Assembly (NCBI GenBank): GCA_011391785.1
Contig: JAABPW010000114.1
Location: 1 to 62,227 of the forward strand
DNA from: Verrucomicrobiota bacterium
GTDB lineage: Bacteria; Verrucomicrobiota; Kiritimatiellia; CAIKKV01; CAITUY01
Direction of reading: 5' to 3'
Length of the DNA stretch: 62,227 nucleotides
The position numbers and the translations under genes were made by a program. The number at the start of each line of letters is the position of its first letter. The first letter of the stretch is position 1. Under the pieces are notes generated by a model. The model did no database searches, was not told the origin of the DNA, and saw nothing but the letters and a program-made list of their open reading frames with translations. Of this stretch, positions 10,411 to 20,370 are shown piece by piece.

Positions 10411-10953
10411 ATGGCACTTAAGGAAAAATATAAAGCAGAGATCGTCCCGGCATTGATGAAATCGCTGGGGTGCAAGAACGTCATGGACGTTCCACGTCTC
10501 CTGAAGGTCACCCTCAACATGGGGTTTAATTCCTCCATGGACAAGGACCAGATCAAACAGATCTCGGAAGACCTGGGACGGATCACGGGGCAGAAGGCTG
10601 TGATCACCAAGGCCCGCAAGAGTATTTCGAATTTCAAGTTGCGCCAGGGTATGCCCGTTGGCGCGAAGGTGACCCTTCGCGGCGAGCGGATGTACGATTT
10701 CCTGGAGCGCCTGATTCACGCCGCCCTGCCTCGCATCCGCGATTTCCGCGGATTGCCGGTTAGGGGATTTGACGGGCGGGGGAGTTACACCTTCGGTCTG
10801 CAGGAGCAGACCATTTTTCCGGAAATTGATCCGGATAGCGTCAAGAAGGTGCAGGGAATGAACGTGACAATTGTCACATCGGCGTCAACGGACGCGCGGG
10901 CGCGTGAACTGCTCGCGATGGTCGGTATTCCGTTTGCGAAGCCGAATAAGTAA
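10411..10953 (+). CDS. rplE: 50S ribosomal protein L5
   Basis: 180 aa with PRIRDFRG and [12 protein letters not shown] blocks. Confidence 0.96.
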   Translation: MALKEKYKAEIVPALMKSLGCKNVMDVPRLLKVTLNMGFNSSMDKDQIKQISEDLGRITGQKAVITKARKSISNFKLRQGMPVGAKVTLRGERMYDFLERLIHAALPRIRDFRGLPVRGFDGRGSYTFGLQEQTIFPEIDPDSVKKVQGMNVTIVTSASTDARARELLAMVGIPFAKPNK

Positions 10954-10976
10954 AACACGGCAGGGAGGACGTTCTT

Positions 10977-11162
10977 TTGGCTAAAATATCACAGGAAGTC
11001 AAGGCGAGCCGCACGCCGAAATTTAGTACACGCCGCTATAACCGCTGCAAACGTTGCGGTCGGCGCCATGCGTATATGCGCAAGTTCTCGGTATGCCGTA
11101 TCTGCTTCCGGGAACTGGCCTCCGTCGGGTTGATCCCCGGCGTCACGAAGGCAAGCTGGTAA
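10977..11162 (+). CDS. rpsN: 30S ribosomal protein S14, short zinc-ribbon (type Z) form
   Basis: 61 aa with CxxC (CKRC) and CxxC (CRIC). TTG start preceded by GGGAGGA. Confidence 0.94.
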   Translation: MAKISQEVKASRTPKFSTRRYNRCKRCGRRHAYMRKFSVCRICFRELASVGLIPGVTKASW

Positions 11163-11174
11163 AAGGGAGAGCCT

Positions 11175-11573
11175 ATGAGTTTGTCGGATCCAATTAGTGA
11201 CATGTTGAACCGTATCAGGAACGCTTCAGATGCGGGTTTGAAAACAACAGACATCGGCCATTCTAGGATGAAGAGCGAGATCGCCGTCATCCTCAAGAAG
11301 GAAGGCTACATTCGTGAAGTGTCCGTCGAGGGCGAGGGCACGATGAAGATTTTGCGCGTGGCATTGAAGTACGATGGCAGCCGGAAGCCGACGATCCGAG
11401 GGTTGCGCCGGATCAGTAAGCCGGGGCTGAGGCGCTATGTGGGGTTCGACAAGATCCCGCTGGTGCTGGGCGGCATGGGGATCTCGATTTTGAGTACTCC
11501 GGCCGGTCTCATGACGGATACTGAAGCGCGAAAGAACCGCGTTGGAGGAGAGTTGCTCTGCCAGGTCTGGTAA
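11175..11573 (+). CDS. rpsH: 30S ribosomal protein S8
   Basis: SDPISDMLNRIRNA N-terminus, 132 aa. Confidence 0.97.
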   Translation: MSLSDPISDMLNRIRNASDAGLKTTDIGHSRMKSEIAVILKKEGYIREVSVEGEGTMKILRVALKYDGSRKPTIRGLRRISKPGLRRYVGFDKIPLVLGGMGISILSTPAGLMTDTEARKNRVGGELLCQVW

Positions 11574-11652
11574 ATCCAGGACCGTTTCGGTGGACAGAGC
11601 GATCCCATGGCCCGGAAGGGCAAGGGTAAACAGGTTTAAACAGGGGAACAGA

Positions 11653-12186
11653 ATGTCAAGAATCGGTAAGAAACCAATAACCATCCCGAAGGGTGTGACC
11701 GTTCAAGCGGGCGCAACCACGGTGTCGGCCAAGGGTCCCAAGGGGGAACTGGCGCTGACGCTGCCCCCAACCATCAAGGCGGAAGTCAAGGACGGGGAGG
11801 TGTTGATCACCTGTTCCGAAGACACGGCAACGGGACGCAGCCGGCACGGCTTGACCCGTAGCCTCATTGCCAATATGGTGACGGGTCTGGACAAGGGATA
11901 TTCGATTGAGTTGGAATTGCAGGGTGTCGGTTTTCGCGCTGCGGTTCAGGGATCCAAGCTGACGATGAACCTCGGCTATTCCAGTCCGGTGTTGTTTGAG
12001 GCGCCCAAGGGGATTGCGATCGCAGTCAAGGATACCTTTATCACGGTGAGTGGATCGGACAAGCAGATGGTTGGCGATGTTGCCGCCAGGATCCGGTCCT
12101 ACTATCCGCCGGAGCCCTATAAGGGCAAGGGCGTCCGCTACAAGGGCGAGCACGTCAAGCGTAAAGCCGGAAAGACGGTGGCCTAA
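11653..12186 (+). CDS. rplF: 50S ribosomal protein L6
   Basis: ATG at 11653 (MSRIGKKPITIPKGV). The 11542 start in the track overlaps rpsH and adds non-conserved residues. Confidence 0.95.
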   Translation: MSRIGKKPITIPKGVTVQAGATTVSAKGPKGELALTLPPTIKAEVKDGEVLITCSEDTATGRSRHGLTRSLIANMVTGLDKGYSIELELQGVGFRAAVQGSKLTMNLGYSSPVLFEAPKGIAIAVKDTFITVSGSDKQMVGDVAARIRSYYPPEPYKGKGVRYKGEHVKRKAGKTVA

Positions 12187-12189
12187 CCT

Positions 12190-12543
12190 ATGAAAACAGT
12201 GGACAGAAAAGAGAATCGCACGCGGAGGCATGCGCGGATCCGGAAGCAGATTTCCGGGTCGGCGGAACGCGTCCGACTGTGTGTGATGGTTTCGAACAAA
12301 CACATTTATGCTCAGCTTGTGGATGACGACAAGGCGGCGACGCTGGCGTCGGTATCCTCCTCCGGCAAGGACGGCGTTGGCCGAAAGAATGCCGAAGGCG
12401 CCAAGTTGATTGGCCAGAAACTGGCTGAGATCGCGAAGGAAATCGGCGTAAAGAATATCGTGTTTGACCGGGGCGGATACAAGTATCACGGCCGGGTCAA
12501 GGCGATAGCCGAGGCCGTGCGTGAAGCAGGGTTTAAATTCTAG
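12190..12543 (+). CDS. rplR: 50S ribosomal protein L18
   Basis: 117 aa with [18 protein letters not shown] and [14 protein letters not shown]. Confidence 0.96.
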   Translation: MKTVDRKENRTRRHARIRKQISGSAERVRLCVMVSNKHIYAQLVDDDKAATLASVSSSGKDGVGRKNAEGAKLIGQKLAEIAKEIGVKNIVFDRGGYKYHGRVKAIAEAVREAGFKF

Positions 12544-12554
12544 GCCCGACAGCT

Positions 12555-13070
12555 ATGAAAGAGCAGAACGTGACTAAAGAACGATCAATGGCGGATAGAG
12601 ATTCGGCATCCACTTCGGATGTCGAGGAGCGGGTTGTGTTCGTCAACCGCTGCGCGAAAGTTGTGAAGGGCGGACGCCGTTTCAGCTTCAGCGCGATTGT
12701 GGTGGTAGGCAACCGCAACGGCATGGTGGGCTACGGCTTTGGAAAAGCCAATGAGGTGGCTGATGCCATCCGCAAGGGTGGCGATATCGCCCGGCGGAAT
12801 ATGTTCCCTGTAACCTTGAAGGACCGGACGATTCCCCATGAGGTGACCGGTCAATGCGACGGTGGTTATGTGCTCCTCAAGCCGGCATCGCCCGGTACCG
12901 GCGTTATTGCCGGCGGAGGAATGCGCGCCGTGCTTGAACTTTCAGGAGTGCATGACATTCTCGGGAAATCCCTGGGTAGCGGAAACAAGGTCAATGTGGT
13001 CAAGGCCACCATTGATGCCTTGGAGAATCTGCGGTCCCGTGAGGAGATTATGGCTGGACGCCAGGCCTGA
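12555..13070 (+). CDS. rpsE: 30S ribosomal protein S5
   Basis: [24 protein letters not shown] and GTGVIAGG blocks. An alternative ATG lies at 12588. Confidence 0.95.
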   Translation: MKEQNVTKERSMADRDSASTSDVEERVVFVNRCAKVVKGGRRFSFSAIVVVGNRNGMVGYGFGKANEVADAIRKGGDIARRNMFPVTLKDRTIPHEVTGQCDGGYVLLKPASPGTGVIAGGGMRAVLELSGVHDILGKSLGSGNKVNVVKATIDALENLRSREEIMAGRQA

Positions 13071-13107
13071 TCGCTAACCAGTTGATGACGGAAGTGGAAG
13101 AAATACG

Positions 13108-13548
13108 ATGAAACTGCATTCGCTTAAAAATACGGTTGGCGCGCGCAAAACGCGCAAGCGTCTGGGACGGGGAACCGGTTCCGGGCTGGGTAAAACCTCA
13201 GGTCGCGGGCATAAGGGGCAATACGCCCGTTCCGGCCATAAGCATAAGCCAGGGTTCGAGGGAGGCCAGATGCGCCTTATCCGCCGAATTCCGAAGCGCG
13301 GCTTTAAGAATATTTCACGCAAGGAATTCCAGGCGGTTAATGTCGGTCAGCTCAACGTGTTTGCCGCAGGTAGTGTGGTGACCCCGGATGTGCTGAAGCA
13401 GAACGGTTTAGCCAATGGTGTGTCAGACGGCATTAAGATCCTTGCCAAGGGAACTGTTGATCGAAAGCTTACGGTACGCGCCAACGCTTTTAGCGAGGGG
13501 GCTAAAGCCAAGATTGAAGCCGCGGGCGGGACGTGCGAAACCTTGTAG
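13108..13548 (+). CDS. rplO: 50S ribosomal protein L15
   Basis: GRGxGSGLGKTSGRGHKGQ block. Follows rpsE directly, so there is no L30 gene. Confidence 0.96.
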   Translation: MKLHSLKNTVGARKTRKRLGRGTGSGLGKTSGRGHKGQYARSGHKHKPGFEGGQMRLIRRIPKRGFKNISRKEFQAVNVGQLNVFAAGSVVTPDVLKQNGLANGVSDGIKILAKGTVDRKLTVRANAFSEGAKAKIEAAGGTCETL

Positions 13549-13577
13549 TCTGGTAAGAGTGAAATAGGAAAAAGTTC

Positions 13578-14942
13578 ATGCTGTCCGCCTTCACAAACTG
13601 TTTTAAAATCCCGGAATTGCGGGCCCGAATTCTTTTCACAATGGGCCTGATTTTCGTCTGTCGTCTTGTGGCCAACGTGCCGATTCCCGGTGTGGACGCT
13701 GTGGCCCTTCAGGCGATGGTTGCAGAAGCCCAGAAGAGCTCTGGCGGCGGCATGCTGGGATTGCTGGATATGTTTAGTGGCGGGGCGCTCAGCCAGTGCG
13801 CGGTAGGAGCCTTGGGCATTATGCCCTATATCAGCGCCTCGATCATTCTCCAGCTTCTCACGGCCGTGATCCCAACACTTGGTCGCCTTGCCCGAGAAGG
13901 GGACACGGGCCGCCAGAAGATCACCCAGTATTCACGCATATTGACGGTGATCCTGTGTGTCATACAAGGATGGTTTCTTGCGGTGACGCTGGAGAATCCC
14001 GGTTCAATCCTCGGTGGGGGCGATGCCAGGCTTGTCCTGCATCCCGGCATAGGATTTAAACTGATGACGATCATTTCCGTGACGGCTGGATCCGTGTTTA
14101 TCATGTGGCTTGGAGAGCAGATCACGCAGCGAGGTATTGGCAACGGGATATCCCTGATCATTACAGAAGGTATTGTGAGTCGTCTGCCGAGCGCCGTGGC
14201 GCAATCCATTGCGATGTTCACCGCAGTGGAGGGTGGGCGTCAGTTTAATCCCGTATTTAGCGTGGTCCTGGTGCTTATGCTATTAGGCGTTGTGGCGGGA
14301 ACCATCCTTTTGACCCAAGGTCAGCGCAAGATCCCTGTGCAATATGCGAAACGGGTCGTGGGGCGCAAGGTTTACGGAGGGCAGAGTACGTATATGCCGT
14401 TGCGGGTGAACTACTCCGGCGTAATGCCCATCATCTTCGCTCAATCAATCTTGATGTTTCCGGCGATTATCCTGAACCGTTTCCCTGAGTCTTGGACTTG
14501 GGCGCACACGTTGGCTAATCAATTGGGTCCTGATGCCCTGCTACACATGGTTTTTTATGGACTCATGATCCTCTTCTTCTCCTATTTCTGGGTGGCCACG
14601 CAGTTTAACCCGGTTCAGATTGCGGATGACTTGAAGAAGTATGGTGGTTATGTGCCGGGAACGCGTCCGGGACGTCCGACGGCGGAGTACTTGGATTCAA
14701 CGATGACCAAGATCACCTTAGCTGGCGCACTGTTCCTGACAATCATTGCGGTTATCCCCTCGGTCCTGAACCGGCAATTCGGGGTTCCGTATCTGGTGGC
14801 GTCGTTTTTCGGGGGAACCAGCCTGTTGATTACAGTGGGCGTGATGCTGGATACCATGCGCCAGGTGGAATCACACCTGCTGATGCGGCATTATGATGGA
14901 TTTCTGCGACGCGGCAAACTACGTGGACGGGTTTCAGGTTAA
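13578..14942 (+). CDS. secY: Preprotein translocase subunit SecY
   Basis: 454 aa, about 10 TM segments, GIMPYISASIILQLL block. Conserved spc-operon position. Confidence 0.96.
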   Translation: MLSAFTNCFKIPELRARILFTMGLIFVCRLVANVPIPGVDAVALQAMVAEAQKSSGGGMLGLLDMFSGGALSQCAVGALGIMPYISASIILQLLTAVIPTLGRLAREGDTGRQKITQYSRILTVILCVIQGWFLAVTLENPGSILGGGDARLVLHPGIGFKLMTIISVTAGSVFIMWLGEQITQRGIGNGISLIITEGIVSRLPSAVAQSIAMFTAVEGGRQFNPVFSVVLVLMLLGVVAGTILLTQGQRKIPVQYAKRVVGRKVYGGQSTYMPLRVNYSGVMPIIFAQSILMFPAIILNRFPESWTWAHTLANQLGPDALLHMVFYGLMILFFSYFWVATQFNPVQIADDLKKYGGYVPGTRPGRPTAEYLDSTMTKITLAGALFLTIIAVIPSVLNRQFGVPYLVASFFGGTSLLITVGVMLDTMRQVESHLLMRHYDGFLRRGKLRGRVSG

Positions 14943-14950
14943 AGACAATC

Positions 14951-15610
14951 ATGAAAACTATCATACTACTAGGAGCGCCGGGTGCGGGCAAAGGGACAAT
15001 CGCGGAAGGGATTCGTGGAGCGAGTCCATTCCTTCATGTTTCAACCGGCGACATGCTTCGTGCTGCGGTCAAGAACGGTACCGCAGTGGGGTTGAAGGCT
15101 GATGGGTACATGAAGCGAGGCGAACTGGTTCCCGATGAGGTGATTTTGGGAATTGTTGAGGAAAGACTGGCTCAGGGAGCCAAGGATGCCGCCTATATGT
15201 TTGACGGGTTTCCCCGGACGCTTGAGCAGGCACGTCTGCTTGATGAGATAATGCAGCGGCATGCTTCCCGTGTGGATAAGGTTTTTTTGCTGGATGTGTC
15301 GCGTGAGGTGCTGATCAGCCGGTTGACGGGGCGACGTGTCTGCCGTAAATGCGGTCAAGGGTATCATGTCATTAATATCCCGCCGAAGCAGGCAGGGGTC
15401 TGCGACCTGTGCGGCGGCGAGCTCTATCAGCGGGCTGACGACTGCGAGGCGACTATTTTGAACCGGCTTGAGGTATACACGACACAGACGGAGAGCCTGA
15501 TCGCTTACTACGAGAAGAAGGGCGTATTGGTCCGTGTGGATGCTTCGAGGCAACGGCAGGATACGGTGGCCGAGATTCTTCATGCGGTGAAGCCGCTGAT
15601 CGGCTCATGA
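14951..15610 (+). CDS. adk: Adenylate kinase (zinc-lid form)
   Basis: P-loop GAPGAGKGT. Lid carries CRKC...CDLC. Confidence 0.95.
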   Translation: MKTIILLGAPGAGKGTIAEGIRGASPFLHVSTGDMLRAAVKNGTAVGLKADGYMKRGELVPDEVILGIVEERLAQGAKDAAYMFDGFPRTLEQARLLDEIMQRHASRVDKVFLLDVSREVLISRLTGRRVCRKCGQGYHVINIPPKQAGVCDLCGGELYQRADDCEATILNRLEVYTTQTESLIAYYEKKGVLVRVDASRQRQDTVAEILHAVKPLIGS

Positions 15611-16353
15611 TCATTCTCAAGAATCGCGACGAAATCCGAAAGATGCGCGAGAGCGGACGGATAGCGGCGCAAGTACGTGATGAGATTGCGAGGCGGGTGT
15701 CTCCCGGTGTCACCACCGGTGAACTGGATGCGGCGGCGGCATCACTGATGGCCTCGATGGGGGCGACGAGTGCTTTTTTAGGATATCATGGATATCCTGG
15801 GAATATTTGTATTTCGATTGATTCGGAAGTGGTGCATGGTATCCCGGGCGGGCGACGAATCGAGCTGGGACAGATCGTCAGTCTGGATATCGGTGTGGTG
15901 TTCGATGGTTTCGTCGGTGATACGGCAACGACGGTGATGGTTGGCGTGACGGATCCAGAGGTGATCCGGTTGGTTCGAGCTACGGAGATGGCGCTGGCTG
16001 CGGGTGTGGATAAAGCTCGGGCTGGAAACCGGCTGGGTGACTTATCGCATGCCGTTGAGGAACGGGTTGTGAATGCCGGTTTCTCGGTGGTTCGTGATTT
16101 TGTCGGACACGGAATTGGGCGGAAGATGCACGAGGATCCGCAGATTCCGAATTACGGGACTCCGGGAAGAGGTCCCAAGTTAAAAGTAGGGATGACACTG
16201 GCGATTGAGCCCATGGTAAACATGGGGGAAGCGGCAGTGGAAGTGTTGGCGGACGGGTGGACGGTCCGGACGATGGATCGGAAACCCTCGGCTCATTTTG
16301 AGCATACCGTAGCAATCGGTGAGGACGGGCCGGAAATTCTGACGGTGCCCTAG
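15607..16353 (+). CDS. map: Type I methionine aminopeptidase
   Basis: VVHGIPG, DIGVVFDGFVGDTA, VGHGIG, LAIEPM and HFEHTV metal-site blocks. ATGA overlap with adk. Confidence 0.95.
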   Translation: MIILKNRDEIRKMRESGRIAAQVRDEIARRVSPGVTTGELDAAAASLMASMGATSAFLGYHGYPGNICISIDSEVVHGIPGGRRIELGQIVSLDIGVVFDGFVGDTATTVMVGVTDPEVIRLVRATEMALAAGVDKARAGNRLGDLSHAVEERVVNAGFSVVRDFVGHGIGRKMHEDPQIPNYGTPGRGPKLKVGMTLAIEPMVNMGEAAVEVLADGWTVRTMDRKPSAHFEHTVAIGEDGPEILTVP

Positions 16354-16436
16354 TGGCTGTCAGGTGAAATTTTGATATGGACATTGAGTGTGGCCATTGA
16401 TAGTTTGGTCGGCTCATTTTGGAATGGAGACAGCGG

Positions 16437-16550
16437 ATGAAGGTCAGAAGTTCAGTCAAGCGAATCTGTGAGCGCTGCAAAGTAGTGCGCCGCCGGGGTG
16501 TGGTACGGGTGATTTGCACCAATTCGCGCCATAAGCAGAGGCAAGGTTAA
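16437..16550 (+). CDS. rpmJ: 50S ribosomal protein L36 (Zn-binding C+ form)
   Basis: Not in the supplied ORF track because it is under 60 aa. Hand translation gives [37 protein letters not shown] followed by a stop. CxxC...C...H pattern. Canonical position before rpsM. Confidence 0.93.
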   Translation: MKVRSSVKRICERCKVVRRRGVVRVICTNSRHKQRQG

Positions 16551-16562
16551 GGAGAATCGGGC

Positions 16563-16961
16563 ATGCCCAGAATACTAGGTGTTGATATTCCCGGGAAGAA
16601 ATGTATTGAATATTCCCTGAGGTACCTTTACGGAATCGGGCCGACAACGGCTCATGAAGTGATCGAGAAGGCCAAGATCAATCCTGCGACAAAAGCCGAC
16701 GACCTCACGGACGAGGAATTGGCGCGGATCATCAACGTCATTCAGAATACTTACCGCATTGAAGGCGATCTTCGGCGCGAAGTGGCGCAAAATATTCGCC
16801 GGTTGATCAGTATTGGCAGCTACCGGGGCGTCCGCCATAAACGCGGTTTACCGGTTCGCGGCCAGCGTACGAGCACCAATGCCCGTACCCGCAAAGGTCC
16901 GCGGCGCACGGTGGGTGCGGTTCGCGGGAAAGAGGCGCGGTCGGCCGCGAAACAGGCGTAA
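16563..16961 (+). CDS. rpsM: 30S ribosomal protein S13
   Basis: [13 protein letters not shown]-terminus, [18 protein letters not shown]. Confidence 0.97.
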   Translation: MPRILGVDIPGKKCIEYSLRYLYGIGPTTAHEVIEKAKINPATKADDLTDEELARIINVIQNTYRIEGDLRREVAQNIRRLISIGSYRGVRHKRGLPVRGQRTSTNARTRKGPRRTVGAVRGKEARSAAKQA

Positions 16962-16995
16962 GGAACAGCAATTCTAAAAGAGGGTCGGGTTCGCA

Positions 16996-17478
16996 ATGGC
17001 AGAGGCTAAAGACAAGGGTGAGGAACAAGCCGGCGGCAAGCCGGAAGGGGCGGCTAATGCTCCTGAGGGAGCGGCTGGCGCCGAGGGGGCGGCTCGTCCG
17101 ACCCGTCAGCCCCGGGTTCGCGCAGGACGTGTGATCCCATTCGGGATCGTCCATATCCGGGCGACCTTCAACAATACGATTATTTCGATATCGGACGCCA
17201 AGGGCGGAGTGGTTGCATGGAGCACCTCCGGACGTGCGGGCTTCAAGGGATCGCGCAAGAGTACGGCGTTCGCTGCGAGCGTGGTGGCGCAGGAAGCGGC
17301 GCGCCAGGCGGTTTCACGAGGTATGCAGGAAGTGGAAGTCCGGGTACAGGGACCTGGAGCCGGCCGTGAGTCGGCCATCCGTGCCCTCCAGTCGGCCGGA
17401 CTGAACATCAGCATGATCAAGGATGTGACGCCGATGCCGCATAACGGTTGCCGGCCTCGCAAGCGCCGTCGCGTTTAA
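16996..17478 (+). CDS. rpsK: 30S ribosomal protein S11 (with ~35 aa A/G/E-rich N-terminal extension)
   Basis: [47 protein letters not shown]. Confidence 0.95.
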   Translation: MAEAKDKGEEQAGGKPEGAANAPEGAAGAEGAARPTRQPRVRAGRVIPFGIVHIRATFNNTIISISDAKGGVVAWSTSGRAGFKGSRKSTAFAASVVAQEAARQAVSRGMQEVEVRVQGPGAGRESAIRALQSAGLNISMIKDVTPMPHNGCRPRKRRRV

Positions 17479-17506
17479 TAGGATTTGAGAGAACAGGAGA
17501 ATTCGA

Positions 17507-18130
17507 ATGGGTAGATATACAGGGCCAGCGTGCAAGCTTTGCCGCCGTGAAGGCATGAAGCTTTTTCTCAAGGGGGATCGTTGCCGGATGTCCAAATGTC
17601 CCATTGATACGGGACGCCCGGCACCGGGCATGCATGGGGCGCGGCCGTCCAAGAAGTCGGACTACGGCGTCCAGTTGAGGGAAAAACAGCGCCTGCGCCG
17701 GTTCTACGGCTTGCAGGAAGGCCAATTCAAGCTTTTCTTCCAGCGCGCGTTGCGTAAGCGCGGCGTCACGGGCGAGATGTTGCTTCAGCTGCTCGAGATG
17801 CGGCTGGATAATCTGGTGTACCGTCTTGGTTTTGCGGCTTCAAGAAGGAATGCCCGGCAGTTGGTTTTGCACGGGCATGTCACCGTCAACGGGCGGCGTT
17901 CCGATGTGCCTTCGATGACGCTCAAGGCGGGTGACCGCATTGAAGTCAAGGGGCGCAAGCAGAGCACGGATGCAGTGAAGCGCGTGCTGGATGCCCAGAG
18001 CCGCGAGTTGTCGTCCTGGTTGTCGTTGGATAAGGACGCGCTCAAGGCGGAAGTGCTCCGCGTTCCGTCACGTGATGATATCCAGCCGTTTGTCAATGAA
18101 CAGTTGATCGTTGAGTTGTATTCCAAGTAA
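17507..18130 (+). CDS. rpsD: 30S ribosomal protein S4 (N-terminal Cys cluster retained)
   Basis: GRYTGPACKLCRREGMKLFLKGDRCRMSKCP plus an S4 RNA-binding domain. Confidence 0.96.
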   Translation: MGRYTGPACKLCRREGMKLFLKGDRCRMSKCPIDTGRPAPGMHGARPSKKSDYGVQLREKQRLRRFYGLQEGQFKLFFQRALRKRGVTGEMLLQLLEMRLDNLVYRLGFAASRRNARQLVLHGHVTVNGRRSDVPSMTLKAGDRIEVKGRKQSTDAVKRVLDAQSRELSSWLSLDKDALKAEVLRVPSRDDIQPFVNEQLIVELYSK

Positions 18131-18178
18131 AAGTATTCGAACCGGGTGAAGATGATGTACCCGGGGAAGGATTGAGCT

Positions 18179-19201
18179 ATGCCAATCAGACTGAGCAAAT
18201 TCGAGATGCCCAAGCGGTTGTTGAAGGACGATGCCACGGCCACGCCGACATTCGCACGTTTTGTTGCGGAGCCATTGGAAGTGGGTTATGGGCGAACCAT
18301 AGGAAATTCGCTGCGACGCGTGTTGTTGTCGTCCCTGGAAGGGGCGGCCATTGCGTCAGTCCGCATCGAGGGAGCTCCTCATGAGTTCTGCTCCTTGCCT
18401 GGTGTTGTGGAGGATGTCACCGACATCATCCTGAACCTTAAGAAGGTGTTGTTGAAGCCGCAGAGCCGCGACAACCGTACGCTTCACCTCAAGGTGAAGG
18501 GGGCGCGTGAGGTCAAGGCGAGCGACATCCAGACGGATGGTACCATTGAGGTGCTCAATCCCAATCAGCATATTGCCACGCTTTCGAGCGATGGTGTGCT
18601 GGATATGACTCTGGAGATTCGCGTGGGGCGAGGGTTCTGCCCGGCGGACCTCAATAAGAAGGAAGGTCAGGATATCGGGCGCATCCCGATTGACTCGATT
18701 TTCTCGCCGGTCAAGCGCGTGAACTTCTTCGTGGAGAACTGTCGCGTGGGTCAGCGAACGGACTATGACCGTCTGGTGCTGGAAGTTACTACGGATGGGC
18801 GGATTGCTCCTGATGATGCCGTGACAGTGGCTTCGGCTGTGTTGCGCCATCATCTTGACGTATTCGTAAACTACGACAAGAATGTTGTTGAATTCGAGGA
18901 TGTTGAGGCGAAGGTTGACGTTGAGCGCGAGCAGTTGCTCAAGACACTGAACATGAGCGTCAACGAAATTGAACTGAGCGTGCGCGCGGCCAACTGCCTG
19001 AACAATGCCAATATCACGACGGTAGGCCAGCTCGCCCAGAAGAGCGAAGCCGAGATGCTCAAGTACCGCAACTTCGGAAAGAAGTCGCTGAACGAGATCA
19101 AGGCGAAGCTGTTGGAGCTGGGCTTGGGTCTTGGCTTGAAGTTTGACGAGGAAGTGTTAAAGGCCCTGAGGGGTCATGAAGAGGCGCGGGAGAAGGCTTA
19201 A
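18179..19201 (+). CDS. rpoA: DNA-directed RNA polymerase subunit alpha
   Basis: 340 aa with an N-terminal dimerisation domain and a C-terminal domain (LSVRAANCLNNANITTVGQL). Confidence 0.96.
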   Translation: MPIRLSKFEMPKRLLKDDATATPTFARFVAEPLEVGYGRTIGNSLRRVLLSSLEGAAIASVRIEGAPHEFCSLPGVVEDVTDIILNLKKVLLKPQSRDNRTLHLKVKGAREVKASDIQTDGTIEVLNPNQHIATLSSDGVLDMTLEIRVGRGFCPADLNKKEGQDIGRIPIDSIFSPVKRVNFFVENCRVGQRTDYDRLVLEVTTDGRIAPDDAVTVASAVLRHHLDVFVNYDKNVVEFEDVEAKVDVEREQLLKTLNMSVNEIELSVRAANCLNNANITTVGQLAQKSEAEMLKYRNFGKKSLNEIKAKLLELGLGLGLKFDEEVLKALRGHEEAREKA

Positions 19202-19279
19202 CCCCCCCCGTTGCGGATTGAAGTAAAATGCTGCGGACCGGCTTGGATCGGGGCGGCTTGAGGATGTCGGGAGTCATCA

Positions 19280-19735
19280 ATGCGACACAAAAAGAACATG
19301 GTTAAATTAGGCCGGACGGCCGAGGAGCGCAAGGCGTTGCTCAGCTCGATGGTGGCAAATTTGATTGAAGAGCAACGGATCACAACGACGCTTGCCAAGG
19401 CGAAGCAGACCCGCATGCTGGCGGAAAAGACGTTGACGATGGCCAAAAAGGCTTTGGCTGCCGGAACGCCCGTGGCCCTGATGCAGGGAAAGCGGAACGT
19501 TTTGGCGGTAGTTCGTCACCGGAAACACATGGACAAACTTTTCGAGGCGATTGCCCCGCAGTTCAAGGACCGTGCCGGCGGTTATACGCGCATCACGAAG
19601 CTGGGACGTCGTGGCAGTGACAGTTCGGAGATGGCCATTTTGGAGTGGGTGGGGCTGGCTCCTGTCAGCAAGCGGCGCAAGCCTGCGGTTGAGGCTGCCG
19701 TAACTCCGGATGCTGAGCCGAAGAAGGATGCCTGA
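19280..19735 (+). CDS. rplQ: 50S ribosomal protein L17
   Basis: MRHKKNMVKLGRTAEERKALL, GGYTRITKLGxRxGD. Confidence 0.96.
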   Translation: MRHKKNMVKLGRTAEERKALLSSMVANLIEEQRITTTLAKAKQTRMLAEKTLTMAKKALAAGTPVALMQGKRNVLAVVRHRKHMDKLFEAIAPQFKDRAGGYTRITKLGRRGSDSSEMAILEWVGLAPVSKRRKPAVEAAVTPDAEPKKDA

Positions 19736-19776
19736 TCAGGGATGCCGTAGTAAGGCACCCATCCCGGGTAAATGAT

Positions 19777-19808
19777 GACGCCGATAGCAATATCGGCGTC
19801 TTTTTTTT
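19777..19808 (+). terminator. Rho-independent terminator closing the ribosomal super-operon
   Basis: Perfect 10-bp stem GACGCCGATA / TATCGGCGTC with a GCAA loop, followed by T8 (19801-19808). Confidence 0.85.
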
Positions 19809-19813
19809 AGATT

Positions 19814-20326
19814 ATGAACTTTGCCGATATCGATTGGGATGCATGGCGGCCACGGGAAAGGGCAACGCTGATGTTGATCATCCGTAAAGGCCGAATCCTG
19901 TTGATTCACAAGAAGCGGGGACTGGGTGCCGGTTTGTTAAACGGGCCTGGTGGACGTATCGAGCCCGGTGAAACTCCGCGTCAAGCAGCGATCCGTGAGG
20001 TGCGGGAGGAGATTTGCGTGACACCGATCGGTGTTCGCCCGGCGGGCGAGCTGTGGTTTCAGTTTACCTCTGGCCATTCCATTCATGGCTATGTGTTCAC
20101 GGCTTCGGGGTTTCACGGTGATCCCGGCGAGACCGATGAGGCGATTCCTTTGTGGTATCCGCTGACTGCCATTCCCTATCACGCTATGTGGGCTGATGAC
20201 AGAATCTGGGTTCCCCTGGTTTTAGCGGGAAAATCTTTCACTGGAAAATTCCTATTTGATGGTGAGCAGATGCTGGGATGCGAGATTATCCTGCCAGAGC
20301 GGAAGAAAAGACGTGGCGCACGCTGA
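19814..20326 (+). CDS. Nudix hydrolase, MTH1/MutT-like (oxidised nucleotide diphosphatase family)
   Basis: Nudix box GPGGRIEPGETPRQAAIREVREEICV. C-terminal MWADDRIWVPLVLAGKSFTGKFLF resembles the MTH1-type tail. Confidence 0.8.
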   Translation: MNFADIDWDAWRPRERATLMLIIRKGRILLIHKKRGLGAGLLNGPGGRIEPGETPRQAAIREVREEICVTPIGVRPAGELWFQFTSGHSIHGYVFTASGFHGDPGETDEAIPLWYPLTAIPYHAMWADDRIWVPLVLAGKSFTGKFLFDGEQMLGCEIILPERKKRRGAR

Positions 20327-20327
20327 A

Positions 20328-20357
20328 CATTCAACATTGAAAATTGATCGTTGAATG
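20328..20357. promoter_or_regulatory. Perfect 8-bp inverted repeat (CATTCAAC-N14-GTTGAATG) between the Nudix stop and the NusG-paralog RBS
   Basis: Read directly: 20328-20335 and 20350-20357 are reverse complements. There is no T-tract, so this may be an operator or a weak hairpin. Function unknown. Confidence 0.3.
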
Positions 20358-20370
20358 AGGAAGATCAGGC

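Noticed and set aside
9560-12489. Long minus-strand ORFs 9560-10387 (275 aa) and 11656-12489 (277 aa)
   Set aside because: They run antisense across several ribosomal protein genes at once (rpsQ-rplN-rplX and rplF-rplR). They are not plausible genes.
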